Of a stretch of 37,519 bases of DNA, positions 1 to 12,100 are shown one piece after another. The stretch is from Cyanophora paradoxa CCMP329 (lineage: Eukaryota > Plantae > Glaucophyta), in assembly GCA_004431415.1 (NCBI GenBank), contig QPMI01000403.1:1-37519 (forward strand). Direction: 5' to 3'. A model generated the notes under the pieces. It was not told the DNA's origin and ran no database searches. It was given only the letters and a program-made list of their open reading frames with translations. The position numbers were made by a program, and so were the translations under genes. Numbering within the stretch: the first letter of the stretch is position 1; each line of letters opens with the position of its first letter.

Positions 1-119
1 AGGAATACAGAGCTCGAATTTGCGGTAAACCAGGCCGTCGATCCTGAAGTGCGAGCGGCAAGGAGCACAGGCGGCTGCACGCGACGTCGGAAGACCTGTG
101 CATGCGGTCCCACCCCACA

Positions 120-2656
120 CGAACTTTAATATTCGGCAACTGCTTTCCTACCGCGCCGTGGCACTCGCACGCACCCATAGTCTTCCCAAACTCGAAGTGA
201 GGAGTCTCTCGGCATTAATCTCGACAAAGTCATCCTCACCAGGCGCCTTGACCAGCCTGCGTTCAATGTTGTTGAGACGCGTGGCTCACGGACAGCAGTT
301 CGCTATCTTGCACGTGCATGTGCATACATATACATGCACGTGACTCACCAGCCGGCCTTCTCGTTTTCCGGATAGGGGAGATTACCACCCATAGCGAATT
401 CTATTGGTGTTGAAACGTTTCGTGTCGCAGTGAAGACGCCTTTGTCGCATATGACTGGGATTGACCATGATCGCATTTAGGATTACCGTTGAGCATAATT
501 ACAAATTATATAGTCTGGTTTCAATATCCCGCTCACCTCGGACATCGGCCACAAAAGCGCCAGCCGGCTCCACTTCGTAAGCATCGACGTCGTAGGACCG
601 TGAGCCCTGATTATTGAACATCGATCGTGTCAGTCATGGTCGGACGCTTCGGAACAATGCAAAACAATTGCGTGTGCGTGCCTGGTAAAATCCGTCCGAG
701 TGGAATACAACGAGCAGCTCGGCTCCCGTAGTCGGCATGGCCGCAAGGGGGGGGTAGGTCGTGGTGCCCCATCCAAGTCCCGATCGGGGATAGCTCGGAT
801 GGGAGGGCAGCTGCCTGGTAGAAGTTGGCGTGACCTCAAAAACCTACACGTGCACTCGCGATGTCAGGAATCGTATCGGCGCATTATAATAACCGTCCTC
901 CACGCACAAACATGGCGTCGCAGAAGCAGAGTTCGCCATCGAGTTTCGAGCCAGCGGAGGGAGAGAGTGGAGCGGGCTCCGCATCCAGACTCGATCAACC
1001 TAGACACATTTGGCATCTTTGCGTACCTGAAAGACCACAATGAGATCAACTCGAATTGGGAAGAACGAATATACATAGCCGAACGAGCTCGCGCGATCGG
1101 GAATGTCATCGGTCGCACCAAGCTCCCATGAAGTCGCCAGAGTAATTTTTGATTCCTATTTCGGCGGGTGCTCCGATGTCTGGGTGTAAAGTACCAGATG
1201 TAAAGTTCCGAGTTTCCCGGGTTGAGGTCAGAGTCGCGGGGCTTGACGGCGTCACTGCGCACAAAATCGAAATCGAGCCATTTTTATATATTTAATTAGC
1301 TATAGCCTGGCGTGAGATCTCATGATCAGACGCACCACTTGTCTTTGCCTTCGAACTGTACTCGGCGGTAAATATAGCTCCGCGTTGACGTGGTTCCTCG
1401 CTTCTAACGCAGCAGAGTGGAAGTCGTCGCCGGGGTACCAGGCGAAAAGGAACAACCGGCTCGACTCGCTTGTGTAAGTGGTCCCCGCGACCACCGAGTC
1501 CGCGAGGAGCCTCGGCGGATTGACGCCGTAGTCGATCAACTGTCATCGGTATCGGAAATATGAATATTAACTCATACACGACGTCCATATCTTCAGCGAC
1601 TTGCATGCGTGTGCACCTTTAGGGAGTTCGCGGTCGGCTCGGAGGCGTTGAACTTGACCGATGTGAACGTGATTTGAACGCTTTCCGAGTCCGACGGGGC
1701 GTAGAAGTTCCTGAGGGGCTCGCGGCGTTAGCTGTGATGATTAATTTTTACAGAGAGGGCTGATATAAGTGGTTCGGGGACACGCCAGCCGGCCACTTCG
1801 TTGAAAGGCCCGCCGTTGTGCACTCCCTTGATTGTCTGTGTCGTTGATGTCGCTGCCACCGCCCCCGGAAGAGTCCCGCACACCGCTGCGCGCGTTTTAA
1901 TTTAGGACGAAAAGAAATCCAGAGCAAAAACTGATCGTGAGTGCGTGCTCTCACCCGAAACACTTGCGCGGAAAGCGCCGCCCGGCACCGGGTCCGCCGC
2001 ATCGGCAGTTCCCTTACTGCCTTGATTCTGGTGTTGAGTGGAAGATGGCGACAAGCTCGCCCCAGGTGTCGCGGTGAATGCAGGGAAATTTACGGCTGAC
2101 AATCTGAGCAGCAAATAATGAAATCATAAAAAGATTTAAGAATTAAAACCTTTGTGTCAAGCAAATTTAAAGTGAGCGCACGTAGGCTTGCCCCAGCCAA
2201 CCCCAGATTTCGGGTAAGGGGTCTCGTGTGCGACAAAGCGAACGGAGCTGCTCGTAATCTCGAAAACCTAACGACAACGCGGGTCAAGCGATGCCGAAGC
2301 GCAGATTTTGAAACGGTAGCCGACGGTCAAGAAGCACTGGTAGATCAAGTACACGCACATACATCACATCGAACCATCCGCTTGCCTGGCCATCGATCTC
2401 GAGCCACGTGTGTTTCAAGCTGCAGCTCGAGTCCTCCGCAGGCAGCGAGACGCGCCTGAAAAACATTTATAGCTTGTGTGCGCGATCAAAAACGTTTTGC
2501 AATTGAAACTTGTGCACCACGCGTGCATCTGGTAGGCGGTGTAGGGTTTCAGCGCGATGTCAACAGGTCCTCCTGGGAACGGGCTGAGAGATAACGAGTT
2601 GAATATCCGAGTCTGCCCCGAACTCGAACTCAGGGTCGCGGCGTCGGACGCAGTCG
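120..2656 (-). CDS. Host multi-exon gene, 3' part (continues across the viral insertion)
   Basis: The same repeat-unit peptides resume after the acceptor at 2657-2658 (TASDAATL..KPYTAYQMHAWC, WLEIDGQASGWFDV, NFPAFTATPGA, DYGVNPPRLLA..GTTYTSESSRLFLF); exons below ~1300 are less certain. Confidence 0.58.
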
Positions 2657-2686
2657 CTGCGTGCGCGCGACGCATGCGGCTCATGA

Positions 2687-2692
2687 TCAGCG
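2687..2692 (+). repeat. Left target-site duplication TCAGCG
   Basis: TCAGCG immediately precedes the left TIR and recurs immediately after the right TIR; 6-bp TSDs are typical of Polinton RVE integrases. Confidence 0.9.
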
Positions 2693-2765
2693 ACACATAT
2701 GAATATTCATATTTTAATCCCTCGGCGTTCCGCCTCAGGATTAAAATATGAATATTCATATGTGT
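2693..2765. other. Left terminal hairpin palindrome (28-bp perfect stem, 17-nt GC-rich loop)
   Basis: ACACATATGAATATTCATATTTTAATCC (2693-2720) pairs with GGATTAAAATATGAATATTCATATGTGT (2738-2765); loop CTCGGCGTTCCGCCTCA contains a GGCG-TTC-CGCC mini-stem. Confidence 0.92.
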
Positions 2766-3515
2766 GATTCGATGTTATATCAATAAAATCGATTAATTTA
2801 TTTGAATTTTCATATGAATTTTCATATTTTTATATGCATTTTCAATTTATTTAATCGATGTTATATCGATAAACTCGATTAATCGATATTGTATCTTAAT
2901 TGTAGTTAATCGGAATTATATCAATAACTTCGATTGATCTTAATTGAATCCTAAATGAATTTAATCGGAATTATATCAATAAATTCGATTAAATCATGTT
3001 CTTTCCGATTAAATCAATTAAATATTTAACTTTGTTACCATAAGTGGTCTAAGTTGACTCACTTTCATAAACATTTTGAACTCTTAGTCTCCTTGAATTT
3101 CTTAAGATGACTCAACTTAGTCAACTTAGTCAACTTTGTTACCATAATCAATCAGGGTGGACTCACTTTTAGATCAACTTTGAAATTTCAAGCAAAAATC
3201 AACTTTGATTTCAAAAGTGGATCTTCTAAGTGGACTCAAAATGTTCACTTTGTGATACATGTTTGCTATAATCCTTACTGTTTATGGTCAGGGTTGACTA
3301 AGTGGGGGGAGTTGACACATTTTTTGAAATCCTTTTTAGAAAACTTTTGGTCCCAAATATTTCCTGTGAAATTTGAGTCAACTCAACCCACTTAGTCAAC
3401 CCTTGCATTGAATTCGTAACAAAATCCATATACTATTACTACTTTTACGATTAATATGAGTCAACCTTGAGTCCACTTTAATATAAATATTATATAATAG
3501 GGGGAATCAAGGGGA
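2693..3515 (+). repeat. Left terminal inverted repeat (~820 bp)
   Basis: 2693-~3065 is the near-perfect reverse complement of ~28568-28941; ~3349-3515 matches ~28388-28554 with a few mismatches; ~3066-3348 has no counterpart on the right. Confidence 0.92.
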
Positions 3516-3711
3516 ATGTTGAGTTTTACTGTAATGAAATCGAATAGTATTCGAAATCTTACATTTGTAGGTTTAGGATGCATTCATATTTTGGCTACAT
3601 CATACAGTAGAATTCTATTGTAAACAATGTCCGGAATCCGGAAAATAATCATTGTAGAAAGCTATTGTAATAAAAAAGATAAATTACCCTGTTTATCATT
3701 ATAGAAACCCA

Positions 3712-4110
3712 TTAAAACGGGAATCTATCATGTTTATGTCTCTCAGTCTTCTCAAATGTGAGGAAATTCATTGTTTTATCGATCTCATCTGCTACTGATT
3801 GTGTTTTATGCTGAGCTTCTTTACCACAACTGAATATATCAATTGCTAACATGCCTTCATTGGAATAACAATGAGCTGTACAATGGCTTTCATCTAATAG
3901 CAGAACCAAAGCAAAACCAGGAGGTGATAGTTTGCCATCAAATATCTCACAGTGTTTATGAACAATCCTAATGCCTTGTCTTAATACTGCTTGTTCAAGG
4001 GTTCCCATAATCCAATTACCTAGGAAGCTTACATGCTCATGTCCTGTTGCAATAGCTGATTTAGCCTTGTAATCAAGCATAACATGAAAGCCTCTGTATT
4101 TAGTCTCCAT
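3712..4110 (-). CDS. speD: S-adenosylmethionine decarboxylase proenzyme (prokaryotic class 1B, SpeD/SpeH-like)
   Basis: 132 aa; G-x-H-V-M-L-D N-terminus, SPPG, LLDESHCTAH with the E-S-H autocleavage/pyruvoyl site, and DIFSCG. Confidence 0.88.
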   Translation of the reverse strand: METKYRGFHVMLDYKAKSAIATGHEHVSFLGNWIMGTLEQAVLRQGIRIVHKHCEIFDGKLSPPGFALVLLLDESHCTAHCYSNEGMLAIDIFSCGKEAQHKTQSVADEIDKTMNFLTFEKTERHKHDRFPF

Positions 4111-4133
4111 TAAGAATACCTTAGAAAAATTAA

Positions 4134-4403
4134 CTAGTCAAACCTAATGCAAATATCCCTATACTCTACTCTGATTGATGAAGTAGCCCTTTTCCTGTGT
4201 GCTTGACTCTTTCTTTTGTTACAGTCCCTACACCTGATCCTTCACATGATTAAAGGATATGTTAGGATCACCTTGTTACATTGCAAACATCTAACAGATA
4301 CTTTCTCTTGAGCTTTGATGTAATGTGTCTCACTGTAATCGAATTTATCTTTACCATGAACTGTCATAGCAGCATCAATAAACTTTTTTGTTTTACTATC
4401 CAT
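4134..4403 (-). CDS. Small DUF723-like Zn-binding/DNA-binding protein (~90 aa; frameshifted, absent from the ORF track)
   Basis: Manual translation MDSKTKKFIDAAMTVHGKDKFDYSETHYIKAQEKVSVRCLQCNKVILTYP..NHV.GSGCRDCNKRK; needs three single-base restorations at ~4233-4254; ATG lies 3 nt after the upstream stop. Confidence 0.62.
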
Positions 4404-4406
4404 ACT

Positions 4407-5258
4407 CTATATATAACCAATATTCTTATGGAGCAGTATCCTGCCCAAAATGGGGAAATATCGATTTGTCCCATAGTATTCAGCATAGGTATTCTGCTTT
4501 GCAATAAAATCGGTTCTCTCAGCATATAATACACACTTGTAGATACCAAACTTGGTGGCTCTAACCAGGAACTGGTAATCTTCTAAACCGAAATTGACTC
4601 CATGATAAGCAATACCAAAATTATCATATGGGGTGATCACAACTGCAAAATTAGGAGTTCCACCCTCTACTTGACAAAGAGCATAAACATCTGGTGGGAT
4701 ATCCACAACTACCTTGTAGTGGTCACCAATTTCAACAAGAGAGTCTACTACTGCTGTTTGTTCATTTACAACAATGGGGAATATCTTTATAATGTATGGG
4801 GCATTCATGCTGGGGACATAGGTTCGAATTCTTGTATTGGGATCAATGGGATTGGGTTGATCATTCACAAATAAAGGCGCTCCAACAGCCCCACCAACCC
4901 TAAGACCATCACCAATATAAGCTCCCCCCGATTTGCAGTTAATAGCTCCCGACCTAGATTCAAAAGAATAAGTAGACAGAGGATCTCCATAGCTATCTGG
5001 GTCTCCATAATGAGCAGAAAAGTTTGCATTTGTGACAAGTAGCTTAGTTGTCTTAACTATTCCATTATTTTTATCACATCTGAGTTCCTGTAATCTCAGC
5101 TTGTGGGTGGAACCAAATGTATTCATTGTAGGTTGGACCTCTGTGGATTGGAGACCCTCAACATCATCAAAGGTAGCATGCTGCAGAACATGGTTTGCTG
5201 GTGCAGCTAATGATAGCTGAGGTGTAATAATTCGTTCAAGTGGGGGTTGCTCAGCCAT
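4407..5258 (-). CDS. Hypothetical virion/fibre-associated protein (paralog A, 283 aa)
   Basis: Long ORF; fibre-like GGAYIGDGLRVGG segment; clear paralogy to 5260-6125 (ELRCDKNNGIVKTTKLLVTNANF vs ELRADKNSGVVKTTRLLVTNANF). Confidence 0.75.
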   Translation of the reverse strand: MAEQPPLERIITPQLSLAAPANHVLQHATFDDVEGLQSTEVQPTMNTFGSTHKLRLQELRCDKNNGIVKTTKLLVTNANFSAHYGDPDSYGDPLSTYSFESRSGAINCKSGGAYIGDGLRVGGAVGAPLFVNDQPNPIDPNTRIRTYVPSMNAPYIIKIFPIVVNEQTAVVDSLVEIGDHYKVVVDIPPDVYALCQVEGGTPNFAVVITPYDNFGIAYHGVNFGLEDYQFLVRATKFGIYKCVLYAERTDFIAKQNTYAEYYGTNRYFPILGRILLHKNIGYI

Positions 5259-5259
5259 T

Positions 5260-6125
5260 TTACATTAAAGGGATATATCTTTTATGGGTTGGGTCATCAA
5301 TAATATCTGGTTCCGAATAAAACCCTGTAACTGAAAGAGTATCAGGAGTTACACCTCTAAGAGCTGATACAGCGGCTATATCTGTTCTCAAACCGATAAG
5401 AGTTATAGTATATAACCCAATATCTGTAACAAACAAGTCAAAGGTGAAATTATTATTATAAACACAGTAGCCATAACCGAAATGATTATATCCCTGAACA
5501 TTGAAATAGTATTTATGACCTACTTGATTGTTGTTGGCTCTACAAAGGGAAAGCATTGCAGATGGAATCGCAAGACCTCTCAGTACTCTTTTGGTTCCTT
5601 CAATTAATTCCGAGTTTTCAAGAGTAACAGTATATCCAATGTAAAATTGAATTAATGGCTGCTGTGCGACAGGAGTATATAATCGAATTCGTTGGGGTCT
5701 TCCACATTTTGCTCTAGAGTATCTGGGACATCATTATACGAAATGGAGGATGAAAGCTGACCTGAAACTCTGCAACCTCCACCAATAAATGCTCCTCCTG
5801 ATCTCACAGTAACAGCAGCAGAATTCTTATCGAAATCAAGGGCTTTCAGATCAACACTGTAAGCATCTGGACCTCCATTAGTAGGTTGGAAGAAGTTTGC
5901 ATTAGTCACAAGAAGTCGAGTGGTTTTAACCACACCTGAATTCTTATCAGCTCTCAGCTCTTTAACTCGAATAATCGAATTTTTATCAAAGGAGTTACCA
6001 TTGGAGTTGGGTCTCTCTGTGGATTCTAAACCACGAACCTCATCATTTACTTCATGCTGGCGAAAATGCATTGCAGGGGATCCAAGGGAATATATAGGCA
6101 GTTGCACACGATTATATTCGCCCAT
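5260..6125 (-). CDS. Hypothetical virion/fibre-associated protein (paralog B, ~288 aa; one frameshift at ~5694-5697)
   Basis: ORFs 5652-6125 and 5260-5556 join if one C is added to a CCCC run, giving DPQRIRLYTP, which matches paralog A DPNTRIRTYVP; GLRTD matches AERTD near the C-terminus. Confidence 0.72.
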
Positions 6126-6165
6126 TGCTTCTTTTACTAAGAAGGAAAGAAAAATAAACGAAGTT

Positions 6166-9100
6166 TTATGCTACCATCTTTCCTGTTGCAATATAACTCA
6201 TTTGATAGTGGAAAAGTCCAATGCTTTCATTAAATGCAGAATTTGCCGAAATTGTTGCATGAATAGTAAATGTTGTTGTTGTGGAACTTGTGACACCATA
6301 TACCAATACATATGAACCACCATTATACCCTTGTTTAAGATTGAGAACCACTTCTGGGGCTGCCGCAAATGCTTTTGGGAATGTGACAACCTGTGGAAAT
6401 CCCCAATGACCTGGACCTGTGATTGTTAAAGATTTTGAGAAACTCCCTGTTTGAATATACTGGTCTTTATTGACCCGTTGTTCTGAAACAAGTTTTGCAA
6501 TCTTTGTATTATCTGTTTCATCCATTGCATAATATGCTCTTGCGTAAGCATTTCCCCGACATAATAACGTTTTATCGTAAATATTTGCGGAATTGTGGAA
6601 AAACCATTGTTCTAAATAAAGAGGTGCATTCGGTTGGTAAATTTGACCGGATCCCACATACATGGTATTGTTGGCTGTAATTGTGTTACCTGTGATCGTA
6701 TTGGCTACAAACGGGTCTAAGGTTGGGAAATCTGTGATCTCCGATTTTGTGTGAGTATGGGCAAAATCTGTTATATCGGTCTTTGAATGACTGTGTGCGC
6801 CAACTGTGTTAGTAGCTGTTGGTTTTCCATAGATATTATCCCAATGGAGATAACCGCTATTTCCTGACGAAGCTGGGTTTTTGCTCCAACCAATAATACC
6901 AAGTAAGTATATTCTTCCTAAAACACCTTGAACACCAATTTTGTGAACATCTCGCAATTTACAGCAACATATAGCCTGAATGTATTTAAGTTGTATGATT
7001 GTGCATATGCATTTACTCGCATTGTGGTTTGAAAACCTTCATTTATATTAAACCCTTTAATGTCAAAATATCGACAGTTGAAGTGCGCTATATAAAAAAT
7101 GTAGCATGTTTTCATTCCTGTTGGAATATCCCAATACATGTAGCTATTACATACTAAATCATTTTGAGCTGCTGTGTATGCTCCCGTGTAGTAACTTATA
7201 TATGATTCATTTGTCCAATCAGCGGATTTCAAAAAATAATCGCCAAGAACACTTATAGCATCAAAGTCAGTAGGAGTAGAGAATGTTGGTTTATTAATTA
7301 AATCATCATAATTTCCACTTGTTGCAACAGTAGCAAATGTTGGTTTGTCTGTGATCTCCGCCCATAAATGAGAGTGGGCGAAATTTGTTATTTGATCTCT
7401 TGTGTGAGTATGGGCGAAATCTGAAATCTCATCTTTTGTGTGAAGATGTGCAAATCGGGTATCTGTAATCGTGAATGTGTGTGGTCAAAATCTGTTATTT
7501 GTGATTTTGTGTGAGTGTGTATGGGCATGTGCAAGTTGCTAAGAGTTAATCTGTCTTTTCCTACAATATTAAGAGTTTCCCGAGTTAAGATTGGTTGAGT
7601 ATTTGGGAAGCCATACATTTGTTGAATATAATACCTCACATCACGTTTTTCATCATTTGTCAATGCTCTGTTGAATACTATAATTTCAGCAATACTACCT
7701 CCAACAATTTGTCCAAATCCAAAAAGTTTACTATGGAATCAGGTAAATAGTTAGTCCCTGTAACAGTTTGGATATCTACACCATTCAAACCTACCGAATA
7801 AGAATCAGAAGTGATTGTTTGGTCTATGTAATACCATTTATTGATCAAAGAGGGAACTGTGATAGAAGGGGTTGGTTGTTGGACTCCCTCTATTGCAAAA
7901 CTTGTCATTCCAATTATTGTATTCGACTTAACACCAAACTGAACACTTCTGTTTGATAAATCTGTCTTCCATATTCGTAAATGATGATCAACAACAGAGG
8001 ATGTTTGGTGGTATTTACCTATTACAAAGTATGTGAGTCCTGATGACCAATCAATTGTTACATTTGGATAGGAAAATGCGGACATACTGGTTCCGGAAGG
8101 AGTTGTTATAGTGAATTGGTTGTTGATTGCTGCATTTGATGTAAAATACGAACTGGTTCCCGAACCCACGTTAATTGATGGAATCAAAGAATTTGGGACT
8201 CTATTAAAAAGATTGGAAGTGGCTGCCGATTCACCATGAACACCTGATGCTTTCCATGCAAAAAGACAATTCGGAATTTGTGAAGCTGGGTCACTGCTTG
8301 CTGTAACTCTATAATACGTTTCACTGAAAGATTCTAAATAGCTATTGGTTCCCATTTTAATCTTTCCACCCACAGTAAGGTTGCTTGTCACCACCAAGTT
8401 GCTGGCGATGGTTCCACCTTTGAGAGGGAGGTAATTTGATAGTGCTAAGTTAAGTTCAGGTTCAGTCACATATACATCAAGTTCTGGTTTTGTCACGTAG
8501 TTTTCGAGGATATTTGCAAGTTCTGTATCATCTACATAATTTTTGCTTTCAAGGTAATCATCTGTTACAACACCCGAAAGGGTTTCATTGTGTAAGTTTT
8601 TCGCCGCCATTCTCTGATTGACTTCTAAGGCGCCACCTGTTGTTGTTTTGATCCACGCCATCTCACATTTCCCGAAATCATCTTTTGGTTGTCCTGCAAG
8701 AGGTGCGTAATTGAATTTGGAGCGACTAAATATTATTTTCGGTCTTGATCCATCGGTTGCGCTTACATCTGTAACATTCACTTGTAAGATGGCGTCTTTA
8801 TCATCATAACTCACAGGATCTAATGGAAGTGGTGGTAAACCTGCTGTTAATGGGATATCATCATTATAATAACTTGTCAAAAAGATTCCTGGTTTGGTGT
8901 CTATAACCCCCACCCCACCTGCTGAAACCATTTGTATCCTCGAAGGTTGTTTAATATATAGTTCGCCATCCATAGTGGTTCCCGCATCTATTCCTTTGCG
9001 ATTCAGGTAATATTCACTTAATTGTAATCTTTCAGCGATGGTATCACTTTGGTAGAAACTGACCCCATAAAATCCATCACCATTTACTAAATCGCCTGTT

Positions 9101-12100
9101 GATGCAAAACGTGGTTTTTCATCTATTTCACTCCATGGGTGCCTGTGGTTAGAGTTTGTAATTTCGGAATAATCATGAGTGTGTGAATCCGGAGGAAAGG
9201 TTAACGGAGGATTTGTGATATGCTCCCATAAATGAGTGTGTGCAAAATCTGTGATCTGATCTTTGGTGTGAGTATGGGCAAAGTCTGTGATCTGATCTTT
9301 GGTGTGAGTATGGGCAAAATCTGTGATCTGATCTTTGGTGTGAGTATGGGCGAAATCTGTGATTTGCCCTTTGGTGTGTGTGTGGTTTTGTATCCAACCT
9401 TGAACCACATTCGACGTTGGATGATGTGGTAAATTTGCATTACTTGTTACTGTGAGATAATCAATTACTGTTTCGGGTGATGTGATCTTTAAACCTCTGT
9501 AAATGGTCAGAGGTTGAGTAATTGGGAATCCATACATTTGTTGAATGTAATACCTTACTTGTTGCCTTTCTGCTGTGGTTAATGCTCTGTTGAAAACAAT
9601 AACTTCACTAACACTACCGCTAAAAAGGGTTCCGATTCTAAAAGTAGTCACTGTTGAATCAGGTAAGTAATTTACTCCTGTAACAGTCCCAATATCAACA
9701 CCATTTAATCCAACTGAATAGCTGTCTGATGTAAGTGTTTGATCTGCATAATACCATTTATTAATCAGAGAAGGAATTGTAAAAGCCATTTGAGTCTGAT
9801 TGACCCCATTAATGATGAAATCAGTTGTCCCTAATGTGGTGGAGAATCTCGCTCCATATCTAATAATTCTCGAAGGAGTAACTGTCTTTGAAATATCTAT
9901 GTGAGCATGTGATAAACTGTTTGTGGGATGGTATCTACCCACATAGAAATATGTCAAACCTTGCGACCAATCTATTATTCTACCATTGACTATTGAAGAT
10001 GCTGTGACTGAGGTATTCAAAGCGCATGTTAAACTCATCTGATTATTTGTAGATATATTGGAAGCATAAAAGGGGTTGCCTGTGGCGCTCACCGTGAGCG
10101 ATGGGATCGAACTTGATACTCTATTATAAAGAAGTGTAGAACCTGCACTTTGACCTTCTGTTCCTGATGCTTTCCATGCAAAAATGCAATTGGGAATATT
10201 TGAAGCTGGATCATTGCTGGCTGTTATTTGGTAGTAATCTTTGTTCAACTCTTGCAATGTAGTAAACGCATATGAACCAACTGTAAGAATTCCATTCACT
10301 TTTAGGTTACTGGTCTCTATATTGCTACTGTAAATATTACTATTTACTGTAAGGTTTCCTGTGATTGTCCCACCAACAAGTGGAAGATACTTAGATAATT
10401 CATCAGCAAGTTCAGATTTTGTTACATAATCTCCAAGCATAGCAAGAGTTACGAAATTTACAAGTATTACAGCAGTAAGGTAATCCTCTGTGACCACTCT
10501 CGAAATATTTTCATTGTGTATGTTTTTTGCTGCCATCCTCTGATTGGCTTCCAGAACCCCACCATAATCTGTTTTAATCCATGCAAGCTCTGCCCTTCCA
10601 TAATTATCATTTGCAGTTCCCACTATGGGAATGTAGGAATACTTATCTCGACTGAAAACTATCATTGGTCTTGAGCCATCTAAACTGCTTACATCTGCTA
10701 CATGAACCTGTATAGCAGAGTTGTAATTTTGGTAGGTTGCTGGGTCTGTTGGGACTCTGAATGTATCTGTGGGAATGTCAGCCTCCATGTAGCTTGACAC
10801 AAAGATATTTGGTATGGTTGCTCCTGGTGGTGGTGGGGTTTCAAAAGAGCCTGGTAATGTCCTAATATGAAGTGGTCCTCTCATAGCTGAATTTGCAAGT
10901 GTCCCATTCACATGTACATAGTGTTCATTCAAAAAGATTCTTTCTGGGACATTACAAGTCTGATAAAGAGAAACCCCCAAGTTATCAAGAGGCTCAACTT
11001 TTGCGAATTCTGGTTGGTCATTGATCTCATCCCAGGTGTGTTCATGGTTGCTTGCTGCAAACTTATCTGGAATCCCATCAATATCACCCCAATCATGCCT
11101 GTGGTCTTCTGGTGGGTATTTCTGTGGTTTGCCTAAGATCTCATCCCAGTCATGATTGTGATCCTCTGGGGGATACTTTGCAGGTTTATTATTAATTTGT
11201 TCATAATCAGGAAAGAACTCCCAGATCTCAGGTCGAAATCCATCTGGTAGTAATTCCTCATGGGGTTCATAAGGTTGCTCATAATCAACAGCTGGTGGAT
11301 CATGCCCATCTGGCAAATACTCCTCATCAGGTTCATAGTTCTGCTCATACTCAAACTCTTGGGGATCTAAGCCATCTGGTAGTATCTCCTCCTCATTGGG
11401 GTCAAACTGATCATATTCATATTCTTGTGGGTCAAAACCATCTGGTAAATATTCTTCCTCATCTGGAACGAATTGATATTCATCAAGCTCTAATATATCG
11501 ACTTCAGGAGGTAAATACTGCTCATCTATTTGCTTTCTGGGTTCAATTATAGGTTTATTGCGAACTTGCTCCCAACTAACAATATGCTGCCCAAAAGCAA
11601 CTGTCTCATCTGCTGTGTACTCTCTGCCTGGTTGCTTTTTCGGTGTTAAATCCGGTGGATCCCATGGAAGAGGGAAGGGAACTGGGACAGGTCCATAATA
11701 CTCAAAGATCTCTCTTATGGTCTTCTCACTAACAAGCTTCTCTCCATTTGCATACACATTGCTGCCATGGATATTTCGCCATTGCCTGGTTCGAATTCCA
11801 AGGTCTTTCACATTGCTATACAAAGGCAAAAGGTGCCTATCCATTTCAACAAGATCAGGATGTAAATGGATTGCTACTGGCTGACTGGGGCTACTGTTGA
11901 TTGTAATTGATGGCTTTTTTTGATGGACATCTTTTGGAGTAAAGAACCCAAAAGGCTCATTCCTTGCAAAGTCATATGTAATATCCTTGGGGTAGACATC
12001 ATTTGTGTAGGAGACCTGATTTGTGTTGGCAATGGGACCCACTTGCAATACTTGGGGGACCTCAGCTTTTGCAGTGCTGCCCTCATTGTAAATTCGCAAA

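Noticed and set aside
2687-2696. 10-bp TSD TCAGCGACAC
   Set aside because: It would make the termini asymmetric; a 6-bp TSD gives perfectly complementary ends
9232-9385. 36-bp repeats as a possible CRISPR array
   Set aside because: Head-to-tail with no unique spacers, in frame within the fibre gene, no cas genes
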